Shown piece after piece: positions 8,522 to 18,403 of a stretch of DNA of 40,698 nt. Position numbers and translations under genes: made by a program. Every line of letters starts with the position of its first letter. Positions within the stretch are counted from its first letter, which is position 1. The notes under the pieces were generated by a model. That model had not been told where the DNA came from. It was given only the letters and a program-made list of their open reading frames with translations, and searched no databases. The stretch is from an uncultured Devosia sp. (GTDB taxonomy: Bacteria; Pseudomonadota; Alphaproteobacteria; Rhizobiales; Devosiaceae): NCBI GenBank assembly GCA_965650545.1, contig CBFGPB010000001.1:1-40698 (forward strand). The letters are read 5' to 3'.

Positions 8522-10408
8522 CTAAAGCCTGCAGACTGCCACGACGCGCTCGAGCTGCGCCGCCCGGTCGATGGATTGGCGGATCCCCTCGGCCGTCATC
8601 AGCTCGTCGCCAAAGGGCACGGCCAGGTCACCCAGCCCCTCTTCATCAGCCCAGGCCACCAGGGCCTCCATATCCCGTTCCCAATCCGCCATGAGCTCGT
8701 CGGGCAATTCGTCCATGGCTTCGGGCGGCCGGCTGCCCAGCCCGTCGAATTCGGCCGCCGGCGCCGGAAGCGTCCGGCTCACCCCGGCCATGTCGCTCAT
8801 GGCCCAGTCCAGTGCCGTGCGCAGATCCTCCCCCTCATTGAGATGCAGGTCCACTGCAGCCCGAATGGCGCGGTCGGGAGCCGTGCCGCCGGCCATTTCC
8901 AGCGCCTGGCGCACCGCATTGGCGGCATCGAGCCGGGCCTGCGGTCCTGCCGCCGTCCAGCGGGCCTCCGCCTCGCTGATATCGGCCATGCGGGCCAGAA
9001 TGTCAGCATCGCGCATGCCCGCGAAATCGACGCCCCGGCTTTCCCAGTACGTGCGCTCGGCACTGATATCGCCGCCAGGTCGCCTTCCCTGCTCTTCGGC
9101 CAGGGCGTCGATAAACGCCTGACGGCTCACATAGCCATTGCCATCGTCGATGTCGCTGCGACCCCCGAAGGCGGCCCGCATTTCGTCCACCGGGATATTG
9201 TCGAGATCGCTGTGCCCGCCCTTTCGGAAGAGCCCCGGCATGTCCTGAGCGGTCAGCCCCATGGCGCGGAGCTCATCGGCCATTGGGCCGTCCGGGTCGA
9301 CACCCCCGATCCGCGCCACCTCGCGCATGACCGGCCGCTGCGACGGCCCTGCGCTAGCTGCCGCGATGCCGCCGCGGATCGTTGTGAGCGTTTCGGCAAA
9401 GCTCTCCGGATTGGGGGCATAGCCATCCACGCGCTCGGGCGCCATGGCATCGACAATGCGGTTGACCTGCATGTCGTCGAGCGCCATGGGCTGCGCCGGA
9501 AGGGGGCGCGCCTCGGGAGAGGACACCGCGCGCAGCTGCGCCTCGGCATGCGACAGGGCTAGCTCATGCCGGCCGGGCGAAAATCCATCGGGGATCTGCG
9601 CATCGACCAAAGCCAGCATATCCCCGGCCTGCGCGGCGCCCCGCAGGGGTGAGGCGAGCATGGCGGCGCCTTCGGCCAAGCTGCGACCCCCGGCGCCCAG
9701 GAAACCACCAAAGGCAGCGGCAAAGCCGATATTGGCCAGCGCCTGGTCCCATCCGGCATCGAGGCCCGCCCGCGCCCGCCACTCCTGCACCGCCGGCTGG
9801 ATCGCGGCTTCCGAGACAGCATTGACCCCGGCTTCGCTGGCCGCCGTGGTGAGGATCCGGCCGATGGCGGTACGCGCACCGCCCGGCCCGCCGCCCAGGG
9901 CGAGCGAGCCCACCTGCAGCGGGTCGCGCAGGCTGGCCGCGCCGGCACCGGCAAACATGTAGATGAACTTGTCCCACCCGGGGCGGCTTTCCATCAGGCG
10001 TGCGGCATTCTCGTCGGCGCCGCGTGCCAGCTCTATGGCATAGGCAGCCGGATCGAACTGGGCCCAGTCACCCGCGGCATCGGCCGGGAAGCGCGCAGCC
10101 TGTTCGCTCATGAACTGGGCGAAGCGCGTGCGGGCGGCCTCTACCGGCGTCGGCCCTTCCGGGTCGAGCCGGTTGCCGATATTGGCCACCATGAGCGGAT
10201 TGGGTGGCGCTTCCTGCCCGGTGCCCGCCTTGAAGCGCCGCCGCCATTCCTCATAGGCATCGACCAAAGCTTCATGGGCCGAGTTGGAATTCTCCACCAG
10301 CCGCTGCTGCTCGAAGAGCGCGCCGATGACGTCGCCCGGTTCCGCCACGCCGCCGCCCGGGCGTGTCGCGGGCTGGAATGGGTCGGGCGCGAGCCAGAAA
10401 TTCTCCAT
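8522..10408 (-). CDS. Internal virion/ejection protein
   Basis: Ala/Gly-rich amphipathic segment (GFAAAFGGFLGAGG); synteny. Confidence 0.65.
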   Translation of the reverse strand: MENFWLAPDPFQPATRPGGGVAEPGDVIGALFEQQRLVENSNSAHEALVDAYEEWRRRFKAGTGQEAPPNPLMVANIGNRLDPEGPTPVEAARTRFAQFMSEQAARFPADAAGDWAQFDPAAYAIELARGADENAARLMESRPGWDKFIYMFAGAGAASLRDPLQVGSLALGGGPGGARTAIGRILTTAASEAGVNAVSEAAIQPAVQEWRARAGLDAGWDQALANIGFAAAFGGFLGAGGRSLAEGAAMLASPLRGAAQAGDMLALVDAQIPDGFSPGRHELALSHAEAQLRAVSSPEARPLPAQPMALDDMQVNRIVDAMAPERVDGYAPNPESFAETLTTIRGGIAAASAGPSQRPVMREVARIGGVDPDGPMADELRAMGLTAQDMPGLFRKGGHSDLDNIPVDEMRAAFGGRSDIDDGNGYVSRQAFIDALAEEQGRRPGGDISAERTYWESRGVDFAGMRDADILARMADISEAEARWTAAGPQARLDAANAVRQALEMAGGTAPDRAIRAAVDLHLNEGEDLRTALDWAMSDMAGVSRTLPAPAAEFDGLGSRPPEAMDELPDELMADWERDMEALVAWADEEGLGDLAVPFGDELMTAEGIRQSIDRAAQLERVVAVCRL

Positions 10409-13138
10409 CTACTGGCCCACCCCGCCCGGGCGCCAGAAGACCGGTGGCTGCAGCGGATTGAATGCGCCGCCCATGGGCCTTTGCGCCTGCATCTCGCGCA
10501 GCTGGCTCACGTCCAGCACCCAATGAGTGCCATCCGGGGCCTGCAGGAATTGCGGATCGAAGCCATTGGGGTCGCCCAGGGCGACCCGGTACTGCCCGTT
10601 GCCCACGGCCACCAGCCGCGCCTGCTGCACTTGCCAGGGCTGGACGGCCACGCCATTGCCGCTGGCGATCGGTGGCAGGGCCGCCAGGTCCTCTGCAGTG
10701 ATTCGTCCGACAAGGGCCTGCAGCTCCTCGGCTGGCATGTCCGGCGGCGCCACCGTGGCAAAGCCGTTGACCTGGGTCATGCCGCCAAACTGCACTCCAT
10801 TGACCGTACGCGCGCCCAGGGCCCTGTTGACCGACTTCTCCCAGATGGCAAAGGCAGCGGAGCTTTCATCATCGACATCGGACGGGTCGAAGCCCATGGC
10901 CGCCGCCTGGCCCTCGAACAGGATGGAGGCGACATTGAGCACTGCCGCGCGGGTAGCCGGATTGGCCGCCAGCGCCCCGCCGAGCACGGCACCGCCGGCA
11001 TTGGCCATGGTCCCTTCGCTCGGCATCTTCACACTGATGGTCTTGTCGCGCCGCCCGGCCAGCACACGGCTTACCTCATTGGCGACCCCGATATCGCCGC
11101 CGGCCGCCGCGATGCCCGCCACATAGGCCAGCTCAGGCCCGGCGTCGCCCAGCTCGCCGAGGGCGCGCCCGGCGTCGTCGCCGAAATGCTCGCGCACCGA
11201 CAATGCAAACTGGGGCAGGAATTCGGGCTGGGCATAGAAAGCGGCCGCGAGCTGCTGACGCTCCTCCTCGCGGAAATACTGGGGTGGTGTGCCATACATG
11301 GCGGCCACCGCCTTGCCCTGCTGCGCGCGCAGGGCCAGGCTCTCCGGGTTGGATGGGTCCACCGGCTCGAGCGCAATGGCACCGGCCCGCGCCGCCTGCC
11401 CCAGCGGATCGGTCTGGCGCTCGAGCAGGATCTCGTCGCGGCGCTTGAGGGCCTGGGCAAAGATCTCGCTCTGCACCACGAAGTTTGGCGAGCCGGGAAC
11501 CGGCGCCAGGGCGGCCAGCCGGTCATTGAGCTCGGCCGGCGTCTCGAGCTCCATGCCCGCCGTGGCTTCCCACCCCAGCCGCGCCCGATCGCGGGCCTCT
11601 GACCAGGCCGTGGTGTCCATGCCCAGGGCGGCCAGGCGCGCCGGGTCCAGATCATTCGCCGCCGTGTCGAGCCCCACGCCGGTCGTGGCGATCGAGGCGA
11701 TGTCGGCCTCCATCAGGCCCTCGATGCGGGCGCGCTCGGCCTTGGTCTCCGCTGTCAGCCGGTTCTGCGCTGTCAGGGCCTGGGCATTGAGCTGGTCGGC
11801 AAGGGCCTTGACCTGGGTAAAGCCCAGATCGGTCACCGGCCCTTCACCCTTGGCCCAGTCGGTTAAAAGCTGGTTGGCGAAGTCCTGCTGGGCCTGTGGC
11901 GTGGGCAGGCTGGCAAAGACACCGTTAGCGCGGGCATAGGCCAGCGTCGTGTCGAGCTTGGTCCGCTGCGCCTCGGCCTCGGCCGGGGTAATGACATTGG
12001 CGGCCTCGGCATGATCGATCTGGGTCAGGAGCCGGCTGGCCTGGTTGCCCAGGATCGTCTCTGCCTCCGGATTGGCACCGAGCAGGTAAGCCTGTTTCTC
12101 GATGTCGCCCAGCTGCGCGGCATAGCCTTCCGAATAGGCGCTTGCTTGTTCGGCCAGGAGCTTGGCCTCGTGCCGCTGCGCCACGGACCGCATATAGGTC
12201 TCGCTGCGTTCGGCAAAGGTGCGGTCGAACAGGTCGCGGACGCGCGGATCGCCGAAATTCTCGTCCTGGCTGTAGCGGTCGCGGATCTCACCCAGGGCAT
12301 TGGCAAATCCGGCAGGATCGTCCTGATACTGGTCGAAGGCCGCGCCAATATCGGTTGAGACCCCCTGCTGCAGGCGCCAGCCATAGGTGCGGATTGCCGC
12401 CGCGTCGAAGGCATCGCCATAGATGGTGTTGTCGTTGCGCAGGGCCAGCGGCGTCGGGTTGAGCCCTCCGGTCGCGGGCGCATGGTCATGACCGGCGCCG
12501 CCCCGGGCTGAAGCGAGTTCGATGTGCCAGTCCTCATTGGCCAGCGGAAAGGCCAGGCCGAACTTGCCGGCATTGGCATGCACCCATTGCCGCGCCGCGT
12601 CGCTGCCATAGGCCAGGTCATAGGCATCGCCATGCTGGTGGCGGCTCTTGCCCGGCGGCGCCACCCATTTGCGGGCCTCGGCCTCACTGCCATATTTGGC
12701 CAGCGCTTCGGCGTAGAGCTCTGACTGCCGCTCTGCCGATCGATAGCCGGAATTGAGTGTTAGCTGGCTGCGGATATTGTCCGGCGCCGCGGCAAAAAGG
12801 GCAGCCAGCGCGCCGCGGAACTGCGGCTGGATGCCGGCAAGATGCGCTTCCTTGCCCGCCGGCACATGCGGGCTGAGGTCATATTCGCCTTCCGGCGCTG
12901 CGGCCGCTATCGCGCTCTGCCGCTCGAGATAGCCAAGGCCTGCCGCTTGTCCGGCATTGAGCCCGGCCATCTGTCCCTCATTGGCGGCCGCGCGGTCCGC
13001 CATGGCCTTGAGCCGCCCGGAAACCGAATTGCCAAGAGCGGCCAGGGCCTGCATGGCCTCGCCGCCACCGACAGCGAAATCCGGCGTCTGGGCGATCTGG
13101 GCGCGCCCCTCGAAACGTTGAATGGGTCGTCTTGCCAC
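10409..13138 (-). CDS. Internal virion protein with an M15B (VanY-like) peptidoglycan peptidase domain
   Basis: SGYRSAERQ..VAPPGKSRHQHGDAYDL..EDWH in the N-terminal quarter of a 909-aa helical protein. Confidence 0.8.
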   Translation of the reverse strand: MARRPIQRFEGRAQIAQTPDFAVGGGEAMQALAALGNSVSGRLKAMADRAAANEGQMAGLNAGQAAGLGYLERQSAIAAAAPEGEYDLSPHVPAGKEAHLAGIQPQFRGALAALFAAAPDNIRSQLTLNSGYRSAERQSELYAEALAKYGSEAEARKWVAPPGKSRHQHGDAYDLAYGSDAARQWVHANAGKFGLAFPLANEDWHIELASARGGAGHDHAPATGGLNPTPLALRNDNTIYGDAFDAAAIRTYGWRLQQGVSTDIGAAFDQYQDDPAGFANALGEIRDRYSQDENFGDPRVRDLFDRTFAERSETYMRSVAQRHEAKLLAEQASAYSEGYAAQLGDIEKQAYLLGANPEAETILGNQASRLLTQIDHAEAANVITPAEAEAQRTKLDTTLAYARANGVFASLPTPQAQQDFANQLLTDWAKGEGPVTDLGFTQVKALADQLNAQALTAQNRLTAETKAERARIEGLMEADIASIATTGVGLDTAANDLDPARLAALGMDTTAWSEARDRARLGWEATAGMELETPAELNDRLAALAPVPGSPNFVVQSEIFAQALKRRDEILLERQTDPLGQAARAGAIALEPVDPSNPESLALRAQQGKAVAAMYGTPPQYFREEERQQLAAAFYAQPEFLPQFALSVREHFGDDAGRALGELGDAGPELAYVAGIAAAGGDIGVANEVSRVLAGRRDKTISVKMPSEGTMANAGGAVLGGALAANPATRAAVLNVASILFEGQAAAMGFDPSDVDDESSAAFAIWEKSVNRALGARTVNGVQFGGMTQVNGFATVAPPDMPAEELQALVGRITAEDLAALPPIASGNGVAVQPWQVQQARLVAVGNGQYRVALGDPNGFDPQFLQAPDGTHWVLDVSQLREMQAQRPMGGAFNPLQPPVFWRPGGVGQ

Positions 13139-13141
13139 GGC

Positions 13142-13696
13142 CTAGATACCCCGCTCCAGCACGTCCATTCCATAGTTGAGCCCGGCATCGGCCGCTCCGG
13201 CCAGGCCGGAGAACAGGCCCTCCATGCCGCGCCGGCGGATCCCGCGCGCCCGCACCTTCAACAGGGCCCGCCGGTATTCGTCCTGGTCGCGGTCGATATT
13301 GAGCTCTGTCGTGGCCTCGCGCGAGGCCTGGCTCCGGGACGTGCCGGCAATGCCGCCCCCGGACACGTCGACGCCGCCGGCGGCGAAGGCCACGTCATTC
13401 TCGCCGAGCACGCGGAACAGCTCCCGGCGCATGCTGTTCTGCCGCTGCGTAGCCGCGAGGCGCTCCTGCCCCGCCTGCAGCTCGACCTGGTCGGCCTGCT
13501 CATTGGCCGAAGCAAGGGCCGAAATACCGGTGCCCACGGCGCCGATCGCCGCGATCGCCGAGGCAATGGCCTGCAATGACTGCAGGGCAGTTGCCGTGCT
13601 TGCAGCGGCCGTGCCTGCAGCTGCGGCCGTGCCAGCGGCTGCGGTGCCGCCCGCTGTCATCATCGCTGCCGTTGCTGTTGCCAGTATCTCCGCCAT
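13142..13696 (-). CDS. Small internal virion protein (T7 gp14-like)
   Basis: Ala/Thr-rich hydrophobic N-terminus, AFAAGGVDVSGG motif; TGATG overlap with tail tube B. Confidence 0.7.
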   Translation of the reverse strand: MAEILATATAAMMTAGGTAAAGTAAAAGTAAASTATALQSLQAIASAIAAIGAVGTGISALASANEQADQVELQAGQERLAATQRQNSMRRELFRVLGENDVAFAAGGVDVSGGGIAGTSRSQASREATTELNIDRDQDEYRRALLKVRARGIRRRGMEGLFSGLAGAADAGLNYGMDVLERGI

Positions 13697-15756
13697 CAGA
13701 GCTGCGCCTCCGCCGTCACGCTGCGCACGGTCAGCCGTCCGGGCCGTACCTGCGAAATGGTCCAATAGGGTTCATCGGCAAAACCGGTCAGGCCCCGGAT
13801 GGTGATCTCGCCGGTAACGCCCTGGTCGAGCTCGGGCACGTCCGCCACCATGCCGAAGCGAAGGAGGTCCACGTCCTGCAGCGCCTTGCCATTGACGCTC
13901 ACCGCCAAGCTCGTCGTATCGATCACCGAGATCTTGAGGCTGTGGATCCGCGCCTTGCGCTTCAGCACCGTATTGGGCCCGATGTCGCGGCTCTGCGGCA
14001 GACTTTGGGCGACCGGCGCCGCCCAGCTTCCCACTGTCCAGGTCTCGACGGCCACGGGCAGGGTGATCGCCCCGCCCGAAACCGTGAACGGCCCGAAGAC
14101 ACTCCCATCGGCAATCACCCAGATGCCGCTGCGGCCATTGAACCGGCTGCCGCAATTGACCGTGACGCTTGCCGGGCTGTTCGTCCCGCTCACCGCCTCG
14201 TCGAGAAGCAGGCCATCTTCCTGGCGCTCGAGGCGCCGGCCGCTCGGGCGCTGGATGAGCCAGCTCACCTCGTTGCGGCCATTGACCGAAACTGCCTTGA
14301 ACAGCCCGGCTCCGCTGGTCATCCGGCCAAAGCCGGTCACCTCATACTCGCGCAGCAGCACCCCGGACACGGCTGAGCCATCCGCCTGCACCAGCATCAG
14401 CTGATGCCCGTCGCTGGAAACAGTGGAGCGGCGCACGGCCATGTCCCTCACGCCGGTCACCAGGTGCGCGGCATAGAGCGAAAAGTCCAGGGCGGCAAAA
14501 TTTCCTTCCACATCGGTATAGCGCAGCTCGGACAGCACACCGCCCGATCGATGGGAGAAGAGGGCCGCGCCCTCGCTTTCGACAATCGGGACGCCCCGGG
14601 GCGTGCCATGGGTCGAGGCCTTGACATGGTTGGGCGCCTCGGTGGCGGCCAGCGTCCGGCTCTCGAGCCAGTATTCGGCCTTGCTGGTGAAGATCAGCAG
14701 ATTGAGATTATCCACGATGCGCTCGATGCGCTCGCCGGCGGCGGCATTCATCGGCACCAGGGCGGGCCCATCGGCGCCGGTGAAGCGCTCGTCATAGTTG
14801 AAATAGTCGGCCAGGCGGGAAAAGGCCCAGGCGCGGCGCAGCCCCTTGAAGCCGCCAATGGCCAGGCGCTGCCCGTTGGTGAAACAACCGCATTGCGGCC
14901 AGCCCCGGTCGGCGCTCCAGAGCGGCTCGCCCGGCGCCACACCCACAACGGTTTTGCGCGAAATGATCGCGGCGTCGGTCTTGTTGATGACCCGGCCCGA
15001 TACCGCCCAACCGTCGCCCTCATTACCGGCGCCCGAGAAGACGATATTGACCTTGTCGGCAACGCTGGTCACGGCTACGGCACCCGGCGACACGTTGGGC
15101 AGGTCGAGAATGGCCGGCTCGATCAGATTGACCAGGTCTGCGGTGGTGCTGTCATAAAGGATTGCCACGGTGTCCTGGCCGGAAACGGTCAGCACGAACA
15201 CGCTGTCGGCGTCGGTCAGCCCGACGAATTCGATCTCCCACACGGCCGCCACGCCGTTGGTATAGGGGTCACCATTGATGTCGGCGCCATAATCCCAATT
15301 GGGCACGCCGGTCCAGGGCGCGTTGTCGACGCTCCAGTCGGTCGGGCCTGCATGCTTCAGCCGCTTGGTCTCCAGGTCCTCGTGAAACAGCAGCATCGTG
15401 TCGTCGAGCTGGGCCGTGGTGATCTCGGGCAGCATGGCAGCCGTCAGGCCGGCGATGCTCACTGTGTCGAGGAGGCTGGTTTCGCCCCAGATATCGACCG
15501 CGCCATCGCGCGCCACCACGTCATAGACGACGCCGGTCGACGCCTCGAAATTGAAGAGCCGCGCAGCGTCGGCCGGCACGCTGCCGATATCGCGCAGCCC
15601 ATCCCGATTGCGAAACCCACCCTGCGGCGAAGCCTCGATATTCTCGGCCCTGGCCAGCCCCGTCGAATAGGGTTTGAGGCCCGTCCGCTCGTGCAGCAGC
15701 GGGTCGAGCTCGAGGGAGTTGAAGGCGGCCTGCAGGCGTCCGGGACGGCCGACCAT
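13696..15756 (-). CDS. Tail tubular protein B / nozzle (T7 gp12-like)
   Basis: QAAFNSLELDP..R, NIEASPQGGFRNR, WSADRGWP, LLIFTSKAEY motifs. Confidence 0.9.
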   Translation of the reverse strand: MVGRPGRLQAAFNSLELDPLLHERTGLKPYSTGLARAENIEASPQGGFRNRDGLRDIGSVPADAARLFNFEASTGVVYDVVARDGAVDIWGETSLLDTVSIAGLTAAMLPEITTAQLDDTMLLFHEDLETKRLKHAGPTDWSVDNAPWTGVPNWDYGADINGDPYTNGVAAVWEIEFVGLTDADSVFVLTVSGQDTVAILYDSTTADLVNLIEPAILDLPNVSPGAVAVTSVADKVNIVFSGAGNEGDGWAVSGRVINKTDAAIISRKTVVGVAPGEPLWSADRGWPQCGCFTNGQRLAIGGFKGLRRAWAFSRLADYFNYDERFTGADGPALVPMNAAAGERIERIVDNLNLLIFTSKAEYWLESRTLAATEAPNHVKASTHGTPRGVPIVESEGAALFSHRSGGVLSELRYTDVEGNFAALDFSLYAAHLVTGVRDMAVRRSTVSSDGHQLMLVQADGSAVSGVLLREYEVTGFGRMTSGAGLFKAVSVNGRNEVSWLIQRPSGRRLERQEDGLLLDEAVSGTNSPASVTVNCGSRFNGRSGIWVIADGSVFGPFTVSGGAITLPVAVETWTVGSWAAPVAQSLPQSRDIGPNTVLKRKARIHSLKISVIDTTSLAVSVNGKALQDVDLLRFGMVADVPELDQGVTGEITIRGLTGFADEPYWTISQVRPGRLTVRSVTAEAQL

Positions 15757-16373
15757 CAGCGCACCCGGGTCAGGAAATTGCTGCCCCAGTTCGCCTTGCG
15801 CGGCGGCGTCGAATAGGCATCGGCCTTGATCGCCGCGCCCATCTCGCCGCCGCGGAAGTCCTGCGACGGGCTGCCATAGGCCTGGCTGCGCAACTGGTCG
15901 CTCAAGGCCTTGTCATGGGCCATGGCGAGGCAAAGATGGCTGGCCAGGCTCGTGATCGTCGCCTTGCGGAATGTCGGGCTCCAGCGATGCACGGGTGGCC
16001 GGTAGCGGCACATGGCATAGAGCGGGTTCTTGTCGGCATGCACCTGGTCGCCGATCAGCACATAGCGGTCGAAGCGGACATCGGGAGAGGTGATGTCATC
16101 GGTCACATAGATGGGCGGCTCGATGCGCTCGGGCGGCAGGTCGAACACATAGGTGAAGCCGGAAAGCGCGGTCGCGCTGTCGTCGACCGAAAGCGGGAAG
16201 ATCTGGCGCGAGAAGGAAAAGAGGTAGATCCCGAGATTGAACTCGACCACGCTCTCATAGAGCAGCGCGGCGGACTGGCCATTGCCCAGGTCCTCGTCGA
16301 AACTCTGCGGCGCGTCTTCGCCGAACATGGCACAGGCGGCATTGACGATGTCGAGATCGGTGGTGAGCGCCAT
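15756..16373 (-). CDS. Tail tubular protein A / adaptor (T7 gp11-like)
   Basis: TDLDIVNAAC..GE, YVFDLP, WSPTFRKAT...LA. Confidence 0.85.
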   Translation of the reverse strand: MALTTDLDIVNAACAMFGEDAPQSFDEDLGNGQSAALLYESVVEFNLGIYLFSFSRQIFPLSVDDSATALSGFTYVFDLPPERIEPPIYVTDDITSPDVRFDRYVLIGDQVHADKNPLYAMCRYRPPVHRWSPTFRKATITSLASHLCLAMAHDKALSDQLRSQAYGSPSQDFRGGEMGAAIKADAYSTPPRKANWGSNFLTRVR

Positions 16374-16488
16374 GGTTTAGACCCTGGGGATTTCTAACCG
16401 GTGGCGCGGCCGAGAGAACCGCGCCACCACCCTGCCCGCCAGCCGACCCCAAGGGAGGCGGGAAGGGGAGCTGAAAGAGGCAGCGCCT

Positions 16489-17139
16489 TTAGTCGGGCAC
16501 GATCGCCGTGGCCACGGCGCCCAGGGCCGTAATGGCCTGCAGCAGCCAACCGGTCGCCAGATGCTGGCGGCAGATATAGAGCTGGGTATGCGTCAGCAGC
16601 GCCTCGGCCGAACCGTCGCTGTCCACATTGTTGATGGTCTGGCCCGAGGCCGCCGGCGTGCGCAGCTCGCAATTGGTCGAGGGCAGCACCCAGATCCAGA
16701 TTTCCCGGCCACGCGTCGCCGCCGTCGCCGTGGGAAGGGTGACAATGTGGTTAGCGTCGGCGCTGGTCACCTCCACGAAATCGTCGGTGCCCAGGATCAG
16801 GCCGGTGGTCAGGCCATCCGTCGTGGCGGTGATCGACCGCGGCACGCCGCCCCGGTCCTCGCCCGAAGGCACCAGCACCACATGGGAGCTGACGATCGAC
16901 ACCTGATAGGTGGCACGGCCGGGCGTGCCGTCCAGGTCGAAGAGCACGTCGAAGAAATCGCCGGCCTTGATCTTCTTGGCCGGGGTGAGCAGGGCGTCGA
17001 AATATTCGGCCGCCTCGATCTGGGCCTTGGTGTCGTTGGTGACATAGGTGTGCCACTGGGGCCGGCTGCCGGGGCTCGGCGTATTGCTCGGGGTGCCCAT
17101 GAAGGCGATGGACTTGAAGCCGCTCGAATGGAACGTCAT
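16489..17139 (-). CDS. Head decoration / minor capsid protein with a C-terminal extension
   Basis: Directly after the capsid gene; YVTNDTKAQIEAAEYF..GD motif plus a beta-rich tail. Confidence 0.6.
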   Translation of the reverse strand: MTFHSSGFKSIAFMGTPSNTPSPGSRPQWHTYVTNDTKAQIEAAEYFDALLTPAKKIKAGDFFDVLFDLDGTPGRATYQVSIVSSHVVLVPSGEDRGGVPRSITATTDGLTTGLILGTDDFVEVTSADANHIVTLPTATAATRGREIWIWVLPSTNCELRTPAASGQTINNVDSDGSAEALLTHTQLYICRQHLATGWLLQAITALGAVATAIVPD

Positions 17140-17232
17140 CGCTGTTTCCTTGAAATCGGCGGCGGGCAGGGCCCGGGCCGCGCATTGCGTTCTGCCCGGC
17201 CGCTGCCGGCCGGGCGCTATTCGGGGATCGTG

Positions 17233-18120
17233 CTAGACGATGACGGTTGCCGCGTTGGTGGAGAGGCGGAAGCGCTTGATGCCATTGCCCTCCTGCAGCG
17301 AGGTGGCGCAGCCCTTGGCCTTCATGTTGAAGCTCCAGCCACCGCCGCCGCGCATGTAGTTGTTGTACTGGGGCGTCATGGACATATCCTCCTTGTTGCC
17401 CCAGCCCATGGCCGACTTGTGCCAGATGAAGGCGTCGCACTTGTTGGCTTCCGGGACCGGATAGAACCACTCGGCCTCTTCCTCGAGGTTGAGGAACCAG
17501 GTGCAGCCGTTCCAGAACCGGCTTTCGGTGGTCATGTTGAAGGGCAGGTTGCCCGGCCCGATCCACTCGGCCGTCGAGAAGGCCTTGTTGGCGAGAAGGT
17601 TGTACCAGGCGCGCGGCGGCAGGCCGCAATAGATCTGCCCGTCCGTGAGCTTGGTGGCCACAGTCACCGCTTCCACCAGCAGCATGGCCTGGGGAGCGGT
17701 GAAGGCGCCGCCCGAGAAATCGAGACCGCTGTCGACGCTGGGGGCGGCAGCCGCCATCACGTCATAGATCTCCTTGTCGGTGGCACGGCCAAGGGCCATG
17801 GCGCCGCTCTCATAGACGATCTCGTTTTCCTCCGGCTTGGTGCGGTCCATGTCGAAGTCGGAGATCTCGTCGAAGGCCTGCCAGGTCTGCAGCGTGGCCT
17901 CGAACTTCTTGCGGTCGCCGCCGCCGGGCACCGGATCGGTGTCACGGTCGATCTTGCGGGCAATGGTCTTGCCGGCCAGGTAGAACACGGCCTTGTCGTT
18001 CTGGGTGAAGGTGGTGGCCTGGGTCACCGTCGAGCGCAGCCGGTTGCCGCGCGTCTGGTAGATGTGCATGGCCCGGTTCTCGTATTCGGTACGGAACCAC
18101 TCGGGTGCCTGCGTCGTCAT
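17233..18120 (-). CDS. Major capsid protein
   Basis: FRTEYENRAMHIYQTRGNRLRSTV, GAMALGRATD..I, FIWHKSAMG; size and position. Confidence 0.9.
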   Translation of the reverse strand: MTTQAPEWFRTEYENRAMHIYQTRGNRLRSTVTQATTFTQNDKAVFYLAGKTIARKIDRDTDPVPGGGDRKKFEATLQTWQAFDEISDFDMDRTKPEENEIVYESGAMALGRATDKEIYDVMAAAAPSVDSGLDFSGGAFTAPQAMLLVEAVTVATKLTDGQIYCGLPPRAWYNLLANKAFSTAEWIGPGNLPFNMTTESRFWNGCTWFLNLEEEAEWFYPVPEANKCDAFIWHKSAMGWGNKEDMSMTPQYNNYMRGGGGWSFNMKAKGCATSLQEGNGIKRFRLSTNAATVIV

Positions 18121-18150
18121 GTTTCGCTCCGATGCTTGGGAAAACACCGG

Positions 18151-18224
18151 GGTGTCGGAGTGGCCGCGCCGCTATCCGGGTCCGCTTGGTGTCGGAGTGG
18201 CCGGAAGCGTCTGCAGGTCCGCTT
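18151..18224 (-). repeat. Two 37-nt tandem units in the capsid 5' UTR
   Basis: GGTGTCGGAGTGGCCG-N12-GGTCCGCTT at 18151 and 18188. Confidence 0.85.
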
Positions 18225-18243
18225 GCCCTCATGTGCTGGCTTC

Positions 18244-18271
18244 ACGCTAGGCGTGCGGGCGTCGGGTCAAC
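18244..18271 (-). promoter_or_regulatory. Putative late promoter (TTGACC-N15-TAGCGT) for the capsid gene
   Basis: Recurrent motif immediately after the scaffold terminator. Confidence 0.6.
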
Positions 18272-18360
18272 TGCGAACCGAAAAACAAATCGCCCCAGTG
18301 GGGCGAATTGCGGTGAGCAGGCCATGAGAGCTGCGCTCGAATGGCAAGGCGGGGCGGACA

Positions 18361-18385
18361 AGAAAAACCCCGCCGGAGCGGGGTC
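18361..18385 (-). terminator. Intrinsic terminator after the scaffold gene
   Basis: Minus strand GACCCCGC-TCCG-GCGGGGT-TTTTCT. Confidence 0.75.
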
Positions 18386-18403
18386 AGTCAGGGAGGAAGG
18401 TTT

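Noticed and set aside
18151-18224. Mini CRISPR array
   Set aside because: Only two units, 12-nt variable parts, and no cas genes.
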